From the NCBI GenBank assembly GCA_004764695.1, contig SMSO01000005.1, positions 496,001 to 560,000 on the forward strand: DNA of 64,000 bases, read 5' to 3'. Shown here in pieces: positions 42,599 through 55,100 of this stretch (its first letter is position 1; the number at the start of each line of letters is the position of its first letter). The DNA is from Schizochytrium sp. TIO01. Its lineage: Eukaryota > Protista > Bigyra: Labyrinthulomycetes. The notes beneath the pieces were generated by a model. It was not told the origin of the DNA, made no database searches, and saw nothing but the letters and a program-made list of their open reading frames with translations. A program made the translations under genes and the position numbers.

Positions 42599-43454
42599 CA
42601 CTTTTGCCTTAGAGAGCACTTATCTCAGAACTTCAGAGTAAATCGCCAAATCTCACCCAATAGCAAGTCTCTGACCTTTTGACTTTGTTCGGTGTCAGCA
42701 CCAGCAAAAATAGATGTTTTAAGCTCTGGATAGATGTTCTAGCCTGGTACTGGTTGGCAGATATAATTTTGGCGTTGACTGTTTAATTTCTTCTGTTCAG
42801 AGAAGTTCTCGTCTCGTCAATGCAGAACAACTTAAGGCCAAGTGCAGAAAGCAAGCACCCAAACACCTGAGACACCCTCAGCCCAAGGCTTTCGTTGCCT
42901 CTACCCTTTTGATTACGTATGTGCCCGTAGCTCAGCTGAGAACTCTACCTGCAGCAAAAGCAGTTCTTGCGTTTTTGCTGTTTCGCTCGTGCAATGGCGG
43001 TTGCATCTTTTTTCCAGGGATTGTTCGACGGCGAACCGAGCTGAGTCCCAAAGTGCCAAACTATGTGCCTACCTATCTCTATCTATCTTCTAAGGCTATT
43101 ACATATATGCTATATCAGTAGGTGAAGGACCTATTACCTGGTTGAGGAATAAAGTACGTTAGAGAATATAATACGCTGTACGAAATATAAGGTTAGGGCA
43201 CTAAGTACTAAAATTGGCAGTATAGCTTACTTATTCTAGCTTCTTTGACCTTCAAACCATCAAGATTTGTAAAGCAAACGCAGCGCTTTGGCATACTATT
43301 TTAAAAATCCCTGCTGCTATCATTGTTTGCATCCACAGAAGGTCTTGGCAGGGCTGACGGAAACTTGAGATAGAGTACATCCATCTCTTTGCAGGTGGGG
43401 TGGATCACTGCTATATAGGTTGACGTCTAAAAGCTGCGGCATGCTCAAGCCACA

Positions 43455-44714
43455 ATGAGCGGGAAAAGAAGCACACCAAGTAGTCAACATGACAAAGGTG
43501 AAATGATAGGGAAAGGCAATAGTGCTGATGATGAATCTGGCTTTAATCATGAAGAAGACGAAACATTTGATATTCGCTCGCCATATTTCGATGCAAAAAA
43601 AGCACTTGCGGAGCCAGGGCGAGTAAAGTTGCCTCAAAAAGTCTTCCCGCTGGAAAATCTCTCCCACGCAAGGCCGTTGCTTCCTCCTTCACATCAAGAT
43701 TATGTAAAAAGAAGAATTGTCAACTCAATACTGCGCGCTCAGGAAAACGACGCTATCAATCGTCGCAAGGCGAACGAAGCTGAACGCAAGGAGCGCAAGG
43801 AAAGGCGTGAACAATCAGAAAATTTCGAAAATCCTCTTCTTGTACTTGCGCAGAGCTTTTCAGAAGGACCGAATTCAGTTCTTAAACAATGCATGGAGAA
43901 AAAGGTCAAAATACGAGTTATCACAGGTACTGCCCAAAATGGAATTCGGGGCTCATGTGTTGGGTACTTGCAAGGGTTTGACAAATATATGAATCTCTTT
44001 CTTTCTGATGTTGAAGAGACTTACTCAACTATTGCTACTGCGGTGGTGTCAATGGATATAAAGAAAATCACACTGGAAGATCAACTCTTTGGATTTTTGA
44101 GAATATACAGTCCCTCCAAAGCTGCAAATGCACCTGTGATTGCTCGAAAATACGCCGGGAAAGAAACTGAGCTCTGGCAATTTTTACATGTAAAATATGG
44201 TCTTGTTGATCGTGTAAGAGATGCCTTGACATCAACCAAAACGTGTTTTGCAGAATGTGCCGCCTCGCCAAGCGGGGAACTCCCTGCTGGATTTCTTGGG
44301 AAACAATTACAAGGAAGCTTGCAAGAGAGATCAGAAGAGTTGCTTCGTCGATACCGCGGGCGAGAGCCAATTCTGATGAGCAAACTTGGAATTGCTGATA
44401 CTCAGGAGCTGCAGGCACAGGAGCGGCAGAGCCTGTTTCATAAAGAGCATACCTGGACAGGTGCGCAGTTTCAATCAGCCAGCTCGGAACTTGATCTGGA
44501 TGCTGAATGGATTCAAAGAGAAAGCCTCAAGTACTCTGGTAGGTTTTTCTACTACAACACTAAAACCAAGCAGTCTGTGTGGGAGAAGCCAGCTGATGTG
44601 AACTTCAGAACAATCGAGTACTCAGTTATTCGCCATCGTAATTTGAGGCAGACCATACTTCGTGGAGATAATGTTGTTATGTGCTCTCCTTACCTGGGTG
44701 CGAGTGTACCATAA
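43455..44714 (+). CDS. LSM11: LSM11-like U7 snRNP Sm protein with a long Sm1-Sm2 insertion containing a WW domain
   Basis: N-terminal FDIRSPYFDAKKAL..FPLENL; Sm1 GPNSVLKQCM..IRGSCVGYLQGFDKYMNLFLSDVEETY; Sm2 RNLRQTILRGDNVVMC; WW domain EWIQRESLKYSGRFFYYNTKTKQSVWEKP. Confidence 0.78.
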   Translation: MSGKRSTPSSQHDKGEMIGKGNSADDESGFNHEEDETFDIRSPYFDAKKALAEPGRVKLPQKVFPLENLSHARPLLPPSHQDYVKRRIVNSILRAQENDAINRRKANEAERKERKERREQSENFENPLLVLAQSFSEGPNSVLKQCMEKKVKIRVITGTAQNGIRGSCVGYLQGFDKYMNLFLSDVEETYSTIATAVVSMDIKKITLEDQLFGFLRIYSPSKAANAPVIARKYAGKETELWQFLHVKYGLVDRVRDALTSTKTCFAECAASPSGELPAGFLGKQLQGSLQERSEELLRRYRGREPILMSKLGIADTQELQAQERQSLFHKEHTWTGAQFQSASSELDLDAEWIQRESLKYSGRFFYYNTKTKQSVWEKPADVNFRTIEYSVIRHRNLRQTILRGDNVVMCSPYLGASVP

Positions 44715-45112
44715 GTTGTGTATCTTTTATTATTAGTGTCTGAGGCCTTGTATTGTCAGTTTGTAATAAGTTCTTCAGTTAAAGCATGCGCCTGCAGACT
44801 CTTTCTAACGTTTCCCGCCTTCACCAAAAAAGATGAGAAGTATTTGTCATCCATTATCTTGCCATTCTCTTGAAGAGACTGGGTGCTTTGTTGTTTAAGA
44901 CAGGTGCTTATAAATATTATTTAATGAATATTGAATCATTTAAAAAACTTACGTTTCGCGCGATTCATAGACGCTCGCTCTCTTTTTATTGAAAACGAGG
45001 TGTAGGGTTTCTAAGTATACGATCAACGTTATCTGTTAAGTAAAGCTGCAGTGGACCCGATTGAATTTTAAAATTACAATCGATTATAAGATTGAGCAGA
45101 GAAATTGATTGT

Positions 45113-45978
45113 TTATTTTGTCTTAGGGAAGTCAGCAGAAAAGTACACACCAGAGGGCGTCGCGACGGCATCGAGTGCAACGTCGTGATCTTCAACTGGC
45201 ACAGAATCCACCATTTGCTCATCAAGAGCAATGCCAATAGTATACGCGGGAGGCATGCCAGCTTCCTTGCGAGACTTTTGAAGCTTCTTCAAAAAGCAAT
45301 CGTAGTAGCCACGGCCATGACCGCAACGAAAGCCATCCTTTGTGAAAGCTACACCAGGGGTAAACACGACATCAATGAGGTCATCCGGAGTAGAGTTGAA
45401 GCCATCTGGGCGATCAACAAGCTGGTCAAGACGAAATTCAGGGATTCCCCACGGCTCCATTCGCTCAAGACTAGCGAGCTCCTCCAAGCTCATGAGCTCC
45501 GGCATGACCATATCCTCAGAACCCATTCCAGTAACCTTGGGTACGAAAACACGCTTCTCAGCACCAAAAGCCCAGTCGAGGATCACATCAGTTTGGGCTT
45601 CATTCTTCATGGCCAAATAAATACACACTCGCTTTGCCTCAAGCGCCTGCGGAATTTTCACTGCATTCTCACCCAGCTGTGTCCCAGACCATTTCTCACA
45701 AGCCATTGCAAGTAAGTCATTCGTCCCCGTTAGTTTCCTATTCTATAATGTTGCGCCTATGGTTCAAAAGAATTCACCTGGCTAAGGTTTGGAGGTGTCT
45801 TTCGACGCTTTAGACCCGTTCAGGATGTGGTGCATCTTTTCCCGCACGCAACTCAACTCACCTGCTTGGACGCTGCATTCAGGTGGTCCCTGGCCATGCC
45901 CTTGAGCACGGCGTTCACCTGGCGACGCAGAGCACGCTTCATGGTCTTGAGGTCGTTGTTCTGATCTGAATTTGCCAT
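45113..45978 (-). CDS. MTHFS: 5-formyltetrahydrofolate cyclo-ligase, 2 exons
   Basis: Exon 1 45978-45862 (KRALRRQV..; donor GTGAGT) and exon 2 45676-45113 are in frame. Motifs VCIYLAMKNE, KRVFVPK, WGIPE, IDVVFTPGVAF, RCGHGRGYYD, VPVEDHDVALD. Confidence 0.94.
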
Positions 45979-47849
45979 GTTACACCAGAGCCCAGTCCGA
46001 GACAGAAGCTTTTCTTTACTAAGTGAAGTCAACCAAAACAACGCATCGCACGAGCGAGAACGAGCAGAGCAGACCTAATAAGGTGAGGCAACTTGGTACC
46101 TAGGAATACCTATATTGAGCAGAAGTTAATAGTGATCAGAAGGTGATGCTGGGGTCCTGAAGTTTCTTCTCGATAGACCAAATTATCAGGTTAGGCCTCT
46201 TTATTCAAGCATTTCAGGGTTAAGTAATTGTAAAGCTGCTCCATAATCGGAACGAAGCCCGAAACTAATAGTAAAACTGTTCTATAAGACGAACTTAGCG
46301 CATAAGTAGCAGTAATGATCTTCTCAAAGTAGAACAGTCCGAACAATGATGAATGTAGTCCGTACTATCAGTAAGTAGTAAACCTTGAACCTGATTGATA
46401 ATAGAGTACTACCAAAGTTGATTTAAAAAAAAAAACTAAGATCATGTCATAGCATTAATTGTGTACTATTGCCTCCAATTCTATTGGCTATTTCTTCGCT
46501 TTGGACCGGTTCTAAAAAAAATTCTGAGTACATTGTTGCTTATGTTACAGTTGGCTTCATTACCTTTTAGAAACAGAGCTTACTGTATCAATTGAAGAGG
46601 GTACGTTGACCAAAATATGCCCTTGCTATTCTTTGTGAAGAAGTGATAGCACCTTCTCAAAGGATATTTCGCGCGTCATTTGAATTGAAACAGCCTCACC
46701 TGACCTATGTCTGAGTTGTATCTCTCATTTCCTCTCCGAGCTTCTAAAGTAACTACATAAGTGGCAAACGAAAGTCTTATAATCCACTGTTGCGATGAAA
46801 AGTTGTTGCTCCATGCACTGATGAGTGCTTGTTTTGGTTCGAGTCTTTTATTAACCAATTCAAAGGTTGATGGGACACTATTCTGTACTGGATGACTTAA
46901 GATTTGTAAATCTAAACTCTGATGTGCAAGGATTCTTAACTGAGGGTCTCAAAGACTTTAAACTTGACTTCTCAATAGTATTATTCTAGGTTTCGTTAGT
47001 TTCGATGAGTTGCCTCATACTAAAATATCCTAAAGGCTTCCCCTTCTACGTTTGCACGAGCAGAAGTTTTACAATACTTCGTTAAATTCATAAGTTGCTG
47101 CAATGAAGTTGCTCTCTCTTCATTATTATCTGGGGTTAAATGCCAAAGCTGAGCAAAGCATTCGTTGTTGATCATGAAGTGCTTGCAATGCAGCATCTTT
47201 TTGTGACATTATTTCTGCATAAAATGCACGTAATTCTACTTCCGTTACTCGTCTTGCTCTTGTTGCTGCCGAAGAATGAATGATTCTCGGCAACGTATTT
47301 GCTCTCTACTGAATCTCTATCGACGTTATATTGTCATGTTTGATTACCAAGTAGTACCATAATCACCACCTTGTTTTTCGCCCGCTCTCACTTGTCAAAG
47401 GTTACTCCCACCAATCCTTTGGCTTAGAAAACAACTCAAGCTCCCCCCCTACATTGCTGCTAAATGTTGCTTTGAGATAAAACCTAATCATTGAAGTACT
47501 AGTAGCCTCTAACTAGTGAGAGTACTCCACGCCGACCCGAAGGTCCCATGATTTCTTCGTCTTTGAATTTTCCAGATTCTCCTCACTCCTTTTCTTCGCA
47601 ATTCGTTCATCTAATTTGTGTGGGCGCAGGGTTTTGTGTGAATGTAACCAAAAGCTTCAAACTAACTCCGAAAGACCATTATGGGACTATCTATATATCA
47701 CTCACTCACAGAAGAGTCCCACAATGACTCCGCCGCAGTCACCCCTTGCTTCGCTAGCGTGGCTCGACTTTCACGCCTGCAGCCTAGCAAAGCGAGCTCC
47801 CCAGGAGCGAGGGCTCACGTGGCACTGTGGCTCTTGCAGCATCAAAATC

Positions 47850-49952
47850 ATGCGGAAGTGGAAGCTGAAAACGACGATGAAGATGATGTTGTCATTGACG
47901 CTGCTTCTGCTGCTGGTCTCGGCCGAGTCTGCAGTCGCTGCTAAGGGCAAGCAAGCCATAGCCTTCGCTGTTCCGCAACACGAAGCTGGCTCTGGTGCTC
48001 TCGTGCACGTTCCGCACCGCGACCTCGTGGGCACGGCTCTCGCGAAGCTCGCGGAAGAGACCTCAAGGCGCAAGAACGGTAATATAGCCAACCAAAACGT
48101 GGATTTCAAGGAAGATGAAAATAGGCAGGTACAAAACCATCTACAAAGGGAAACTAACTTCGATGATTCCACCACGCGTGAGGAATATGCGAATCCCCGG
48201 ATTGATGAAGATGCATTCGAGGAAGACACTGTTTGGCGAAGCGCAAAATGTGCAAAAGAGGAATGTGTCAGCAGGGAAATGAGCAACGAGGATCGAGGAT
48301 CATTTGCTCTTGCTGAGAGGCACGAAAAATTTGAGTACGCGAACCAGATGCCAGCGTCAATGGCTGGCCGTATTGTACATGGCTATGCGTTGGTGAGAAG
48401 GCTTGCAAATTTTGTGCCCACAACGTGGCTTGTGGCGAAGCAACAAGCATCGTTTGAAGTTCGAACACAAGCACCAACAAACATAGGTAGGACTCCGTCA
48501 GTTTCGGAGACTAGCAGCAACGAGGTGCCACGGCTTTTCTTACCTGGTGGATCTGAGCTCGTGCTTCTGAGAAGGAAACGTAGAGTAGAGCAAGATGATT
48601 GGTGTGAGTGGTCGCAACTTGTAACCAGAGGTGAACAAATGGCAAATAGATACCTTAGCCATAGGACAGTAGAAGAAGTTACATTTTCTTCTGGCCAGTT
48701 GCCCTCTTCGCCACCGCGCAACAAGAAGTCTGCTTTCGCAAAAGAAATGAATGATTTCGAGCTCCACGACAAATTTGCAGCGGGATCTCAGGGGGAGGTT
48801 TGGGAAGCTTTTCGAATAAATGCACAGGGCAGAAAGGATCGTTTTGTGCTCAAACGCATTTTTCTAGAGCGAGGTGAGGCCTTCATGCGAGCAGGCCTTC
48901 GAGAGGTAGTATTTGGAAAGCGTTTACAGCCCTATCCAGAGGTTGCTCGCTTTGTAGAAACCTTCAATAAATCTCGCAATACACTTATCCAAACAGAACA
49001 CAGTGGTGGTCCATTTATTGATATGTGGCTCGTTTTTCGCCATGAAGGCGAATCACTGGATGCCTTACTTTACTCTCGGATTAAAGCATCAAAAATGGTG
49101 GTTCTAGAACCGTCGGAGCTATGGCACCGCATGCGCCGCGATGCACTCGGCGCCCAAGTCCGGCGCGAAATCTTAAGGCAAGTTTGTGAAGGCCTTGTGT
49201 TACTTGCACAGAAGAATGTTGCGCATCGCGACATCAAACCATCAAACCTGCTAGTGAGCGAGCTTGCCTCACCACGATCAAGTCGAGCCTGGCCGTTCCA
49301 AGTAAAACTCGCTGACTTTGGGTCTGCACTGGATACTAAAGATGCAGGATTGAACTCTATATTGTACGGGCCTACAGGACCGACCATGCACGAAGAGACG
49401 CGTTGGTATCGCCCCCCTGAAGCATTTCTTGCTGCAGAGTCCTCTCGGCAATTTCCGTACATGGCTAATGATTTAAGCGGCGTGGAAGACACCAATCGAC
49501 CTTTACCATTCCATGCTTTTGACATGTGGTCTGTTGGTGTTGTTGCGTTGGAAATGTTGCTTGGAACAGCTCACATATTTGAGGTCTCTGATCGTGTTCG
49601 GGCTCGCCATCGAGCTAGGTTAGAGCAGATCTCTTACTTATACTCTACTGGTTCCGTTCTCGAGGCAGTTTTGGAAAGCCATTGTGCATTTGAAGCCTTG
49701 CAATCATTCGGTATTGCACCTCCAGGAAAAGGCGCAAACCGCACCAAATTTCGAGAGACTTTAAAACAGCGAGACCCCTTGAAAATAGGTTATTATTTCC
49801 CCCATGCAGCCGAGTTTAATAGCGTTGAGGAGATGGAAATGTATGCTGACAATGAGCTTGACTTCGTCTGGTGGCTCTTGCAGTGGTCACCATTTGACAG
49901 GCCCTTGCCTGAGGAGGCATTGAGCCACCCGTTTTTCACTTATGAAACATAA
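47850..49952 (+). CDS. Ser/Thr protein kinase (similar in motif pattern to the plant At3g63330-type kinase) with N-terminal signal peptide/anchor
   Basis: FAAGSQGEVWEA, FVLKRIFLERG..GLREVVFG, MWLVFRHEG, AHRDIKPSN, LADFGSA, LYGPTGPT..ETRWYRPPE, FDMWSVGVVALEMLLG, ALSHPFF. Hydrophobic MMLSLTLLLLLVSAESAVA at the N-terminus. The start codon is uncertain. Confidence 0.85.
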   Translation: MRKWKLKTTMKMMLSLTLLLLLVSAESAVAAKGKQAIAFAVPQHEAGSGALVHVPHRDLVGTALAKLAEETSRRKNGNIANQNVDFKEDENRQVQNHLQRETNFDDSTTREEYANPRIDEDAFEEDTVWRSAKCAKEECVSREMSNEDRGSFALAERHEKFEYANQMPASMAGRIVHGYALVRRLANFVPTTWLVAKQQASFEVRTQAPTNIGRTPSVSETSSNEVPRLFLPGGSELVLLRRKRRVEQDDWCEWSQLVTRGEQMANRYLSHRTVEEVTFSSGQLPSSPPRNKKSAFAKEMNDFELHDKFAAGSQGEVWEAFRINAQGRKDRFVLKRIFLERGEAFMRAGLREVVFGKRLQPYPEVARFVETFNKSRNTLIQTEHSGGPFIDMWLVFRHEGESLDALLYSRIKASKMVVLEPSELWHRMRRDALGAQVRREILRQVCEGLVLLAQKNVAHRDIKPSNLLVSELASPRSSRAWPFQVKLADFGSALDTKDAGLNSILYGPTGPTMHEETRWYRPPEAFLAAESSRQFPYMANDLSGVEDTNRPLPFHAFDMWSVGVVALEMLLGTAHIFEVSDRVRARHRARLEQISYLYSTGSVLEAVLESHCAFEALQSFGIAPPGKGANRTKFRETLKQRDPLKIGYYFPHAAEFNSVEEMEMYADNELDFVWWLLQWSPFDRPLPEEALSHPFFTYET

Positions 49953-50234
49953 CACAGCTGCCTCGGAAATACCACTCTTCGTCTATCTACATGTCAAGAG
50001 ACATAATTTTATTTATTGTAAACACTCACGCATCAAGTGTAATAATGTAATATCCTTATTTCTTATATTTGAACGTGCTTTTCACATGACCGGACACAAA
50101 GAATAGAAAAAGGAACCTATATAGAAGCTTATAGGATAGGACAACAGCACAAGTCTCAATCTTGGGCTTTATCAAAAGGGTCAGGATAGTAAAACATACC
50201 CTTGCTTGGGAAATGAGAGACAAAGAGAATTCCC

Positions 50235-51011
50235 TTACTTGGTTGACGCAGGAGCTGGAGTCTTCTTAAAGACAATTAAGCGTGCCGCTTGATAAGCGTT
50301 ATCAATGGAACCCGGAACTACAATGTTCTCCTCTACTTCAAGCTTCCATCCATCCGATGCCTTCGCGGCTTCAGCAATGTACTGATCTAGGTGCGTTTCG
50401 TAGTGGAGCTGCCCGAAATCGATCGTGGTGATGTACTTCAAGAGAGGCTTCACGAAACCAATCAATGGAGTCTGCTGGCGTTGAAAGGTTTGAGTCACAT
50501 AAACCTTACCGTCATCTTTAACGAAGCTAGCGGCAATTCGAAGAGCATGCACTGGGCTTGGCATAAGCGTCCAAGATCCACTGAAGTAAGCAGCATCATA
50601 AGGGTCCTCGCTGCGTCCACTCTTGTCTACCTTGCGCAGCGTGGTAGCAAGATCCCCGTCAAAAATTGACTTGCAAACAACCTGGACACGGTTCTCCATG
50701 CCCTTTTGCGCCACCTGCTTGGTTGCTGAGTTCACGTACTTTTGATCGTAGTCTACCCCTACAAAATTGAGATTTTTGGATTCCACAAGGTTCTGATTGC
50801 GGAGCAAGGCACTAGCTGTGCCAATGCCAATATCCAAGACGCGGCTGTTTTTTGAAACCCGATCCAGCACTGCCTTGTACCACGTCTGCGTCATATGGAT
50901 AATCACCAAATCATATACCTGGCTGGAGAACATCCTCATGAGCACCACAAGGCCACTCACGGCCGCCACTGCACCTGCTACCACTTGGAATGAGCTCGAC
51001 TCTTGGCCCAT
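50235..51011 (-). CDS. Class I SAM-dependent methyltransferase with N-terminal membrane anchor
   Basis: Motif I RVLDIGIGTA, FVGVDYD, YDAAYFSGSW, GKVYVTQ; TM segment VVAGAVAAVSGLVVLM. First ATG at 51011. Confidence 0.88.
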   Translation of the reverse strand: MGQESSSFQVVAGAVAAVSGLVVLMRMFSSQVYDLVIIHMTQTWYKAVLDRVSKNSRVLDIGIGTASALLRNQNLVESKNLNFVGVDYDQKYVNSATKQVAQKGMENRVQVVCKSIFDGDLATTLRKVDKSGRSEDPYDAAYFSGSWTLMPSPVHALRIAASFVKDDGKVYVTQTFQRQQTPLIGFVKPLLKYITTIDFGQLHYETHLDQYIAEAAKASDGWKLEVEENIVVPGSIDNAYQAARLIVFKKTPAPASTK

Positions 51012-52163
51012 TTTTTTCTTATTCCAAATTCTGCAATAGCCTTTGATATATTGCGTCTGGCTATGGCAAAGAGCAGCTCCAAGATAAGTCAAACTCCAAC
51101 TGAGCCCTGTTAATGCTAGCTCAGGATACTGGCGCAGCCTGAGACAGGCAAGCTTCCAACCAAGTGAGACCTTCGAGCAAGCTCAGCAAACCCTGAGGGA
51201 AACCGTAATCTTTTCTATCCGTCTCCGTTCCCAGTGCCCCAGCCACTTCAAAGCAAGCTGCCTTGCGCTCGTGCTCTGGTTGTAAGTCTACTGCGCCTTC
51301 TTCAACACCATCATATCATTCACATTCTTGCCACTTCTTCTCTTATCCTTCTCTCAATCCTCTATGTCTGATCTTCTTTAACTTTATCAAGTCCTAGGTC
51401 ATAGATGTGTCAACCCATGGGTGGATAATCTTTATAGTAGGGTTGCTAGGACCAAGATTCTATGTGCCCTCTCTCCTTTTAATATTTTTAAAATTTAGTT
51501 TTTTCATTTGTGGTGATCTCTAGAGGCAGGACATCATTTGGCTGCAAGCAAGCACTGTAATAGGGAAGCAAAGAGAGATTGAGTGTTCTCGTGTGCATTG
51601 CCTGTAATCACTTCAACGTTCCCTAATTTTCATATCTTGCTTGGCTGGTACAAACACCCAAGACATGTTTGTAGAAACTCGGTCTCATCATCGTGGCTAA
51701 AGGCAATTGAAACAAATGCTCTCAAAATAACCAACAGGCTCGCTCGCTTTATACTTTATAGGGAGATGTTGAAATCAGGGGCGATTAAGAAATTTTATAT
51801 CTAGTTTGATGAATGTGGAGATAAAATAACGCATCCAGGATGATGAGTACATATGGATCAAGCAAATACAGCATTTCTTAAGATTTGTAGGGAATTCCAT
51901 TTCCTGCTATTATTTCGATTTATACAAAGCAATTCAAAAAATTGTTATAAATGTTATCTCTAAAGCATTCTGTAAAGGTTGAGATGAGAATCATCCTGCA
52001 CGCTTGGACGCTGTCATCCAGTGCACAGCAAAATTTAGTTTTGAGAATTCAAGCACATTTTTCTGGCACTTTCCTGGATAAACAGTGCTCTCATTTAACT
52101 AGACAAACATCAATAAATGTTCTTGAGTCAGCAGTTCGGTTTTAAATCCAAGAATATGTTTTC

Positions 52164-55100
52164 TCAGTGATATTCGCCCCAGTAAAAACCACTCTTTTCA
52201 TTTTGAGCACTATCTTGCTCCTCCACACGTGAACATTCCTTTTGGGAAGTGTAGTCTTGAGTTTCCGGTGCTGCATCCCCAAAATAATCTTCAAAAGGAT
52301 GTGACCACGAAGAAAACCCATCTGTGACAGGTTGTCTAGTACCGGGAGTTCTCATTTCAGGGTTTAAGCATTTAAGCCCATTCGCTCCCCGAAAATGCTC
52401 ATCCGCCTGATATTCTTTATCTTCATCTTCGTTAGAATCTTCATCAAAGGACTCCTCTGTTGCATAAGGATCTTCCTTCAGGTTAGTTTCCTTGGCTTCG
52501 TCGTTGTCTACTGAGCTATTGTTGTCATGTGCCGCATCCATTAGCTCGTTGGCCTCATCATTGGATGGTTGCCCTTCCGAAGCATCAGCTCCAGTGCGAA
52601 TATAACTTTCATATTGAAGAGCTGCAGCTGCAAGAAGGTTAAGATGTGGAGAGCTAGCGCTTTCGCTAGCGCTTTCGCTACATGATTGGAGTGCAGCTGT
52701 AAGCAGATTGAGATGTGATGGACTGCTGCTTTCGCTAGATATTTGAAGTGAATTTTCATTTGTTTGGGTTTGAAGCATGCCATCGTTAGTTTCCATAGCG
52801 ACGCTTTCACTGATAAAGTGTGACCTGGCGAGTTCTTGTTGGCTACCAGCAGTCTGCATGTTATGATCAGCTTCAACGTGAAGGCGCGCAGGTTCCAAAA
52901 TCATATTTTGAGTGTACTCATCAAAGTACTCAACAGCCTGCTCGTATGAAAATGAGCCTTCCATATCCCCGTTGTCTTGATTGCCTTCATTGACCTTGAG
53001 CTTGGGATTTGAAACTCCGGTAGAAACCTCGGCAAATCCGTTGTCTGCTGCAGGGTAGCCATGCTGAAAATGATGGGGTTGACCCTCTGCATGTTCAATT
53101 GCAGTAAGCTCCTCGCCATTGTATTGAAAATCTGTACCAAAGAAAAATTCAAATCCATTCATCAACTCATCATCGCTGACCCGAATGAAGTTTTTGTCAT
53201 CAAAAGGTTCCTCGCTTGTCGTCTTGTCAAAAGCAGTCTTGCCGTCGATCTCCATACTGATGTCGGTCCGAAAAAGACTTTCATCGAAGGACAGTTCCAT
53301 CTCCATCTCGTCAGTGTTTCGCGCCTCTAGTTCGGTAGGATTATGGCTTTCGACACCATTTTCATCACTAAAGGAATATTCGAAACCCTCGAGAAGGTCG
53401 GCATCGACCATATCGGTATCTACTTGCTCAGGATCATACGTCTCTGCCGGACTTGCACCCATCTGGTGAATAAAGTTCTGATAAGACTCTTCAATATTGC
53501 TGATCATGTTTGATGGAGCTCCATTGGTAGCCGTTGTAGGAATATCCTCTTCGAAGACATCAGTCATGAACAAGTTGTGATCCTGGTGAGGTGCCATATG
53601 TTGATGCCCATCGCCAATGTGATCACCGCACGCCTTGGTCCAGCCTAATTTGTTGTTATGATGAAGCTCGTCTCCCCCGTCAATATGATGATTGCCTGCG
53701 CCATCGACGGTGCTACGAAGGAGATGTGGCTTATCATAAGAGGAGGTATTTTGGGTTTGCGTTTGAAGGTTATTGTAATTCCTCTTCGCAGAGAAGTTGT
53801 CACTTTGATCCACGCGGTTCGCTAAGAGATCCATTCCAGCGAAAGATGAGGATGACGAGAGGGTGTTCTTAGTTTTCTGCGATTCACTTTGGGAGGCCTC
53901 ATTTAATACGGGATGTGAGTCCTCAGAATAGCTCGTGGCATCAGATACAGTCTTGTCTATATCATGCTTCCTGGTATGGTTAAATGACTCATTCGTCGAA
54001 GTTAACTTAAGTTGCTCAAAGGATTCCAGCATGTCATCTAAACTGTGATCTTCAATATCCTGGCGGGATGGAACTTTTGAAATACGCTCCGCGGACCCAC
54101 CATTACAAGGCCATCCTTGACTTGAGGCATTGTTACGAATTACCGCGTCCTGACTCTGATTATCGTCTGTAGCTGGTTGGCATTTGCCATACCCTGGCCA
54201 GTCTTTGCCATAAACCAGCCCTGTCGGGGCGTAAGTAAGATGACTCTCATTACGTCCATGCTGAACACTGTCATGAGGATATTGCTTTGCATGTAAAATC
54301 TGATTATTTCCATGGCATGGATCGTTGTGTGAAGCCCAAGCTTCATCAGAATTTTGCTTGCTAGAAGTGTAGACCCACTGGTCGTTGTCATGTTTGGTTT
54401 GATCGTGCTCGGCAACGAAAACCCATCGTGATTTATCATGACAGTCCTGACTATAGTTACTACTAGAGGACTTGTGGTCCCATCTGGTATTGCGAGACTT
54501 CTCACCTTTTTCGATGTCAGATTTGTGATATTCAACTTCGTAAGGCTTCTGGCTTTCATCGATGTTTGTCTGGTAAACTTGATCAGACTGCTGGTCGTCC
54601 TCAATATCAGATTCGTGATATTCAACCTCGTAAGGCTGCTGCCCTTCATCAATGTTTGTCTGGTAAACTTGATTAGACGGCTGGTCGTCCTCAATATCAG
54701 ATTCATGATATTCAACCTCGTAAGGCTGCTGGACTTCATCAATTTTTGTCTGGTAAACTTGACCAGACTGCTGGTCATCCTCAATATCAGATTCGTGATA
54801 TTCAACCTCGTAAGGCTGCTGCCCTTCATCAATGTTTGTCTGGTAAACTTGATTAGACGGCTGGTCGTCCTCAATATCAGATTCGTGATATTCAACCTCG
54901 TAAGGCTGCTGGACTTCATCAATGTTTGCGGCAGAAATCTCGCATTTATCAGTTTGCTTAATGTAAGCTTGGTTGTCTTCTACAAGGTCAGGTTGATTGG
55001 CTTGAACACCGCCTGGCAGTTCGCTATCGTTATTAAGAGATACATGACAATCTATTTTTTCACGTACTACGCCTTCATCAGCGCTTCCCGTATCAACCTT

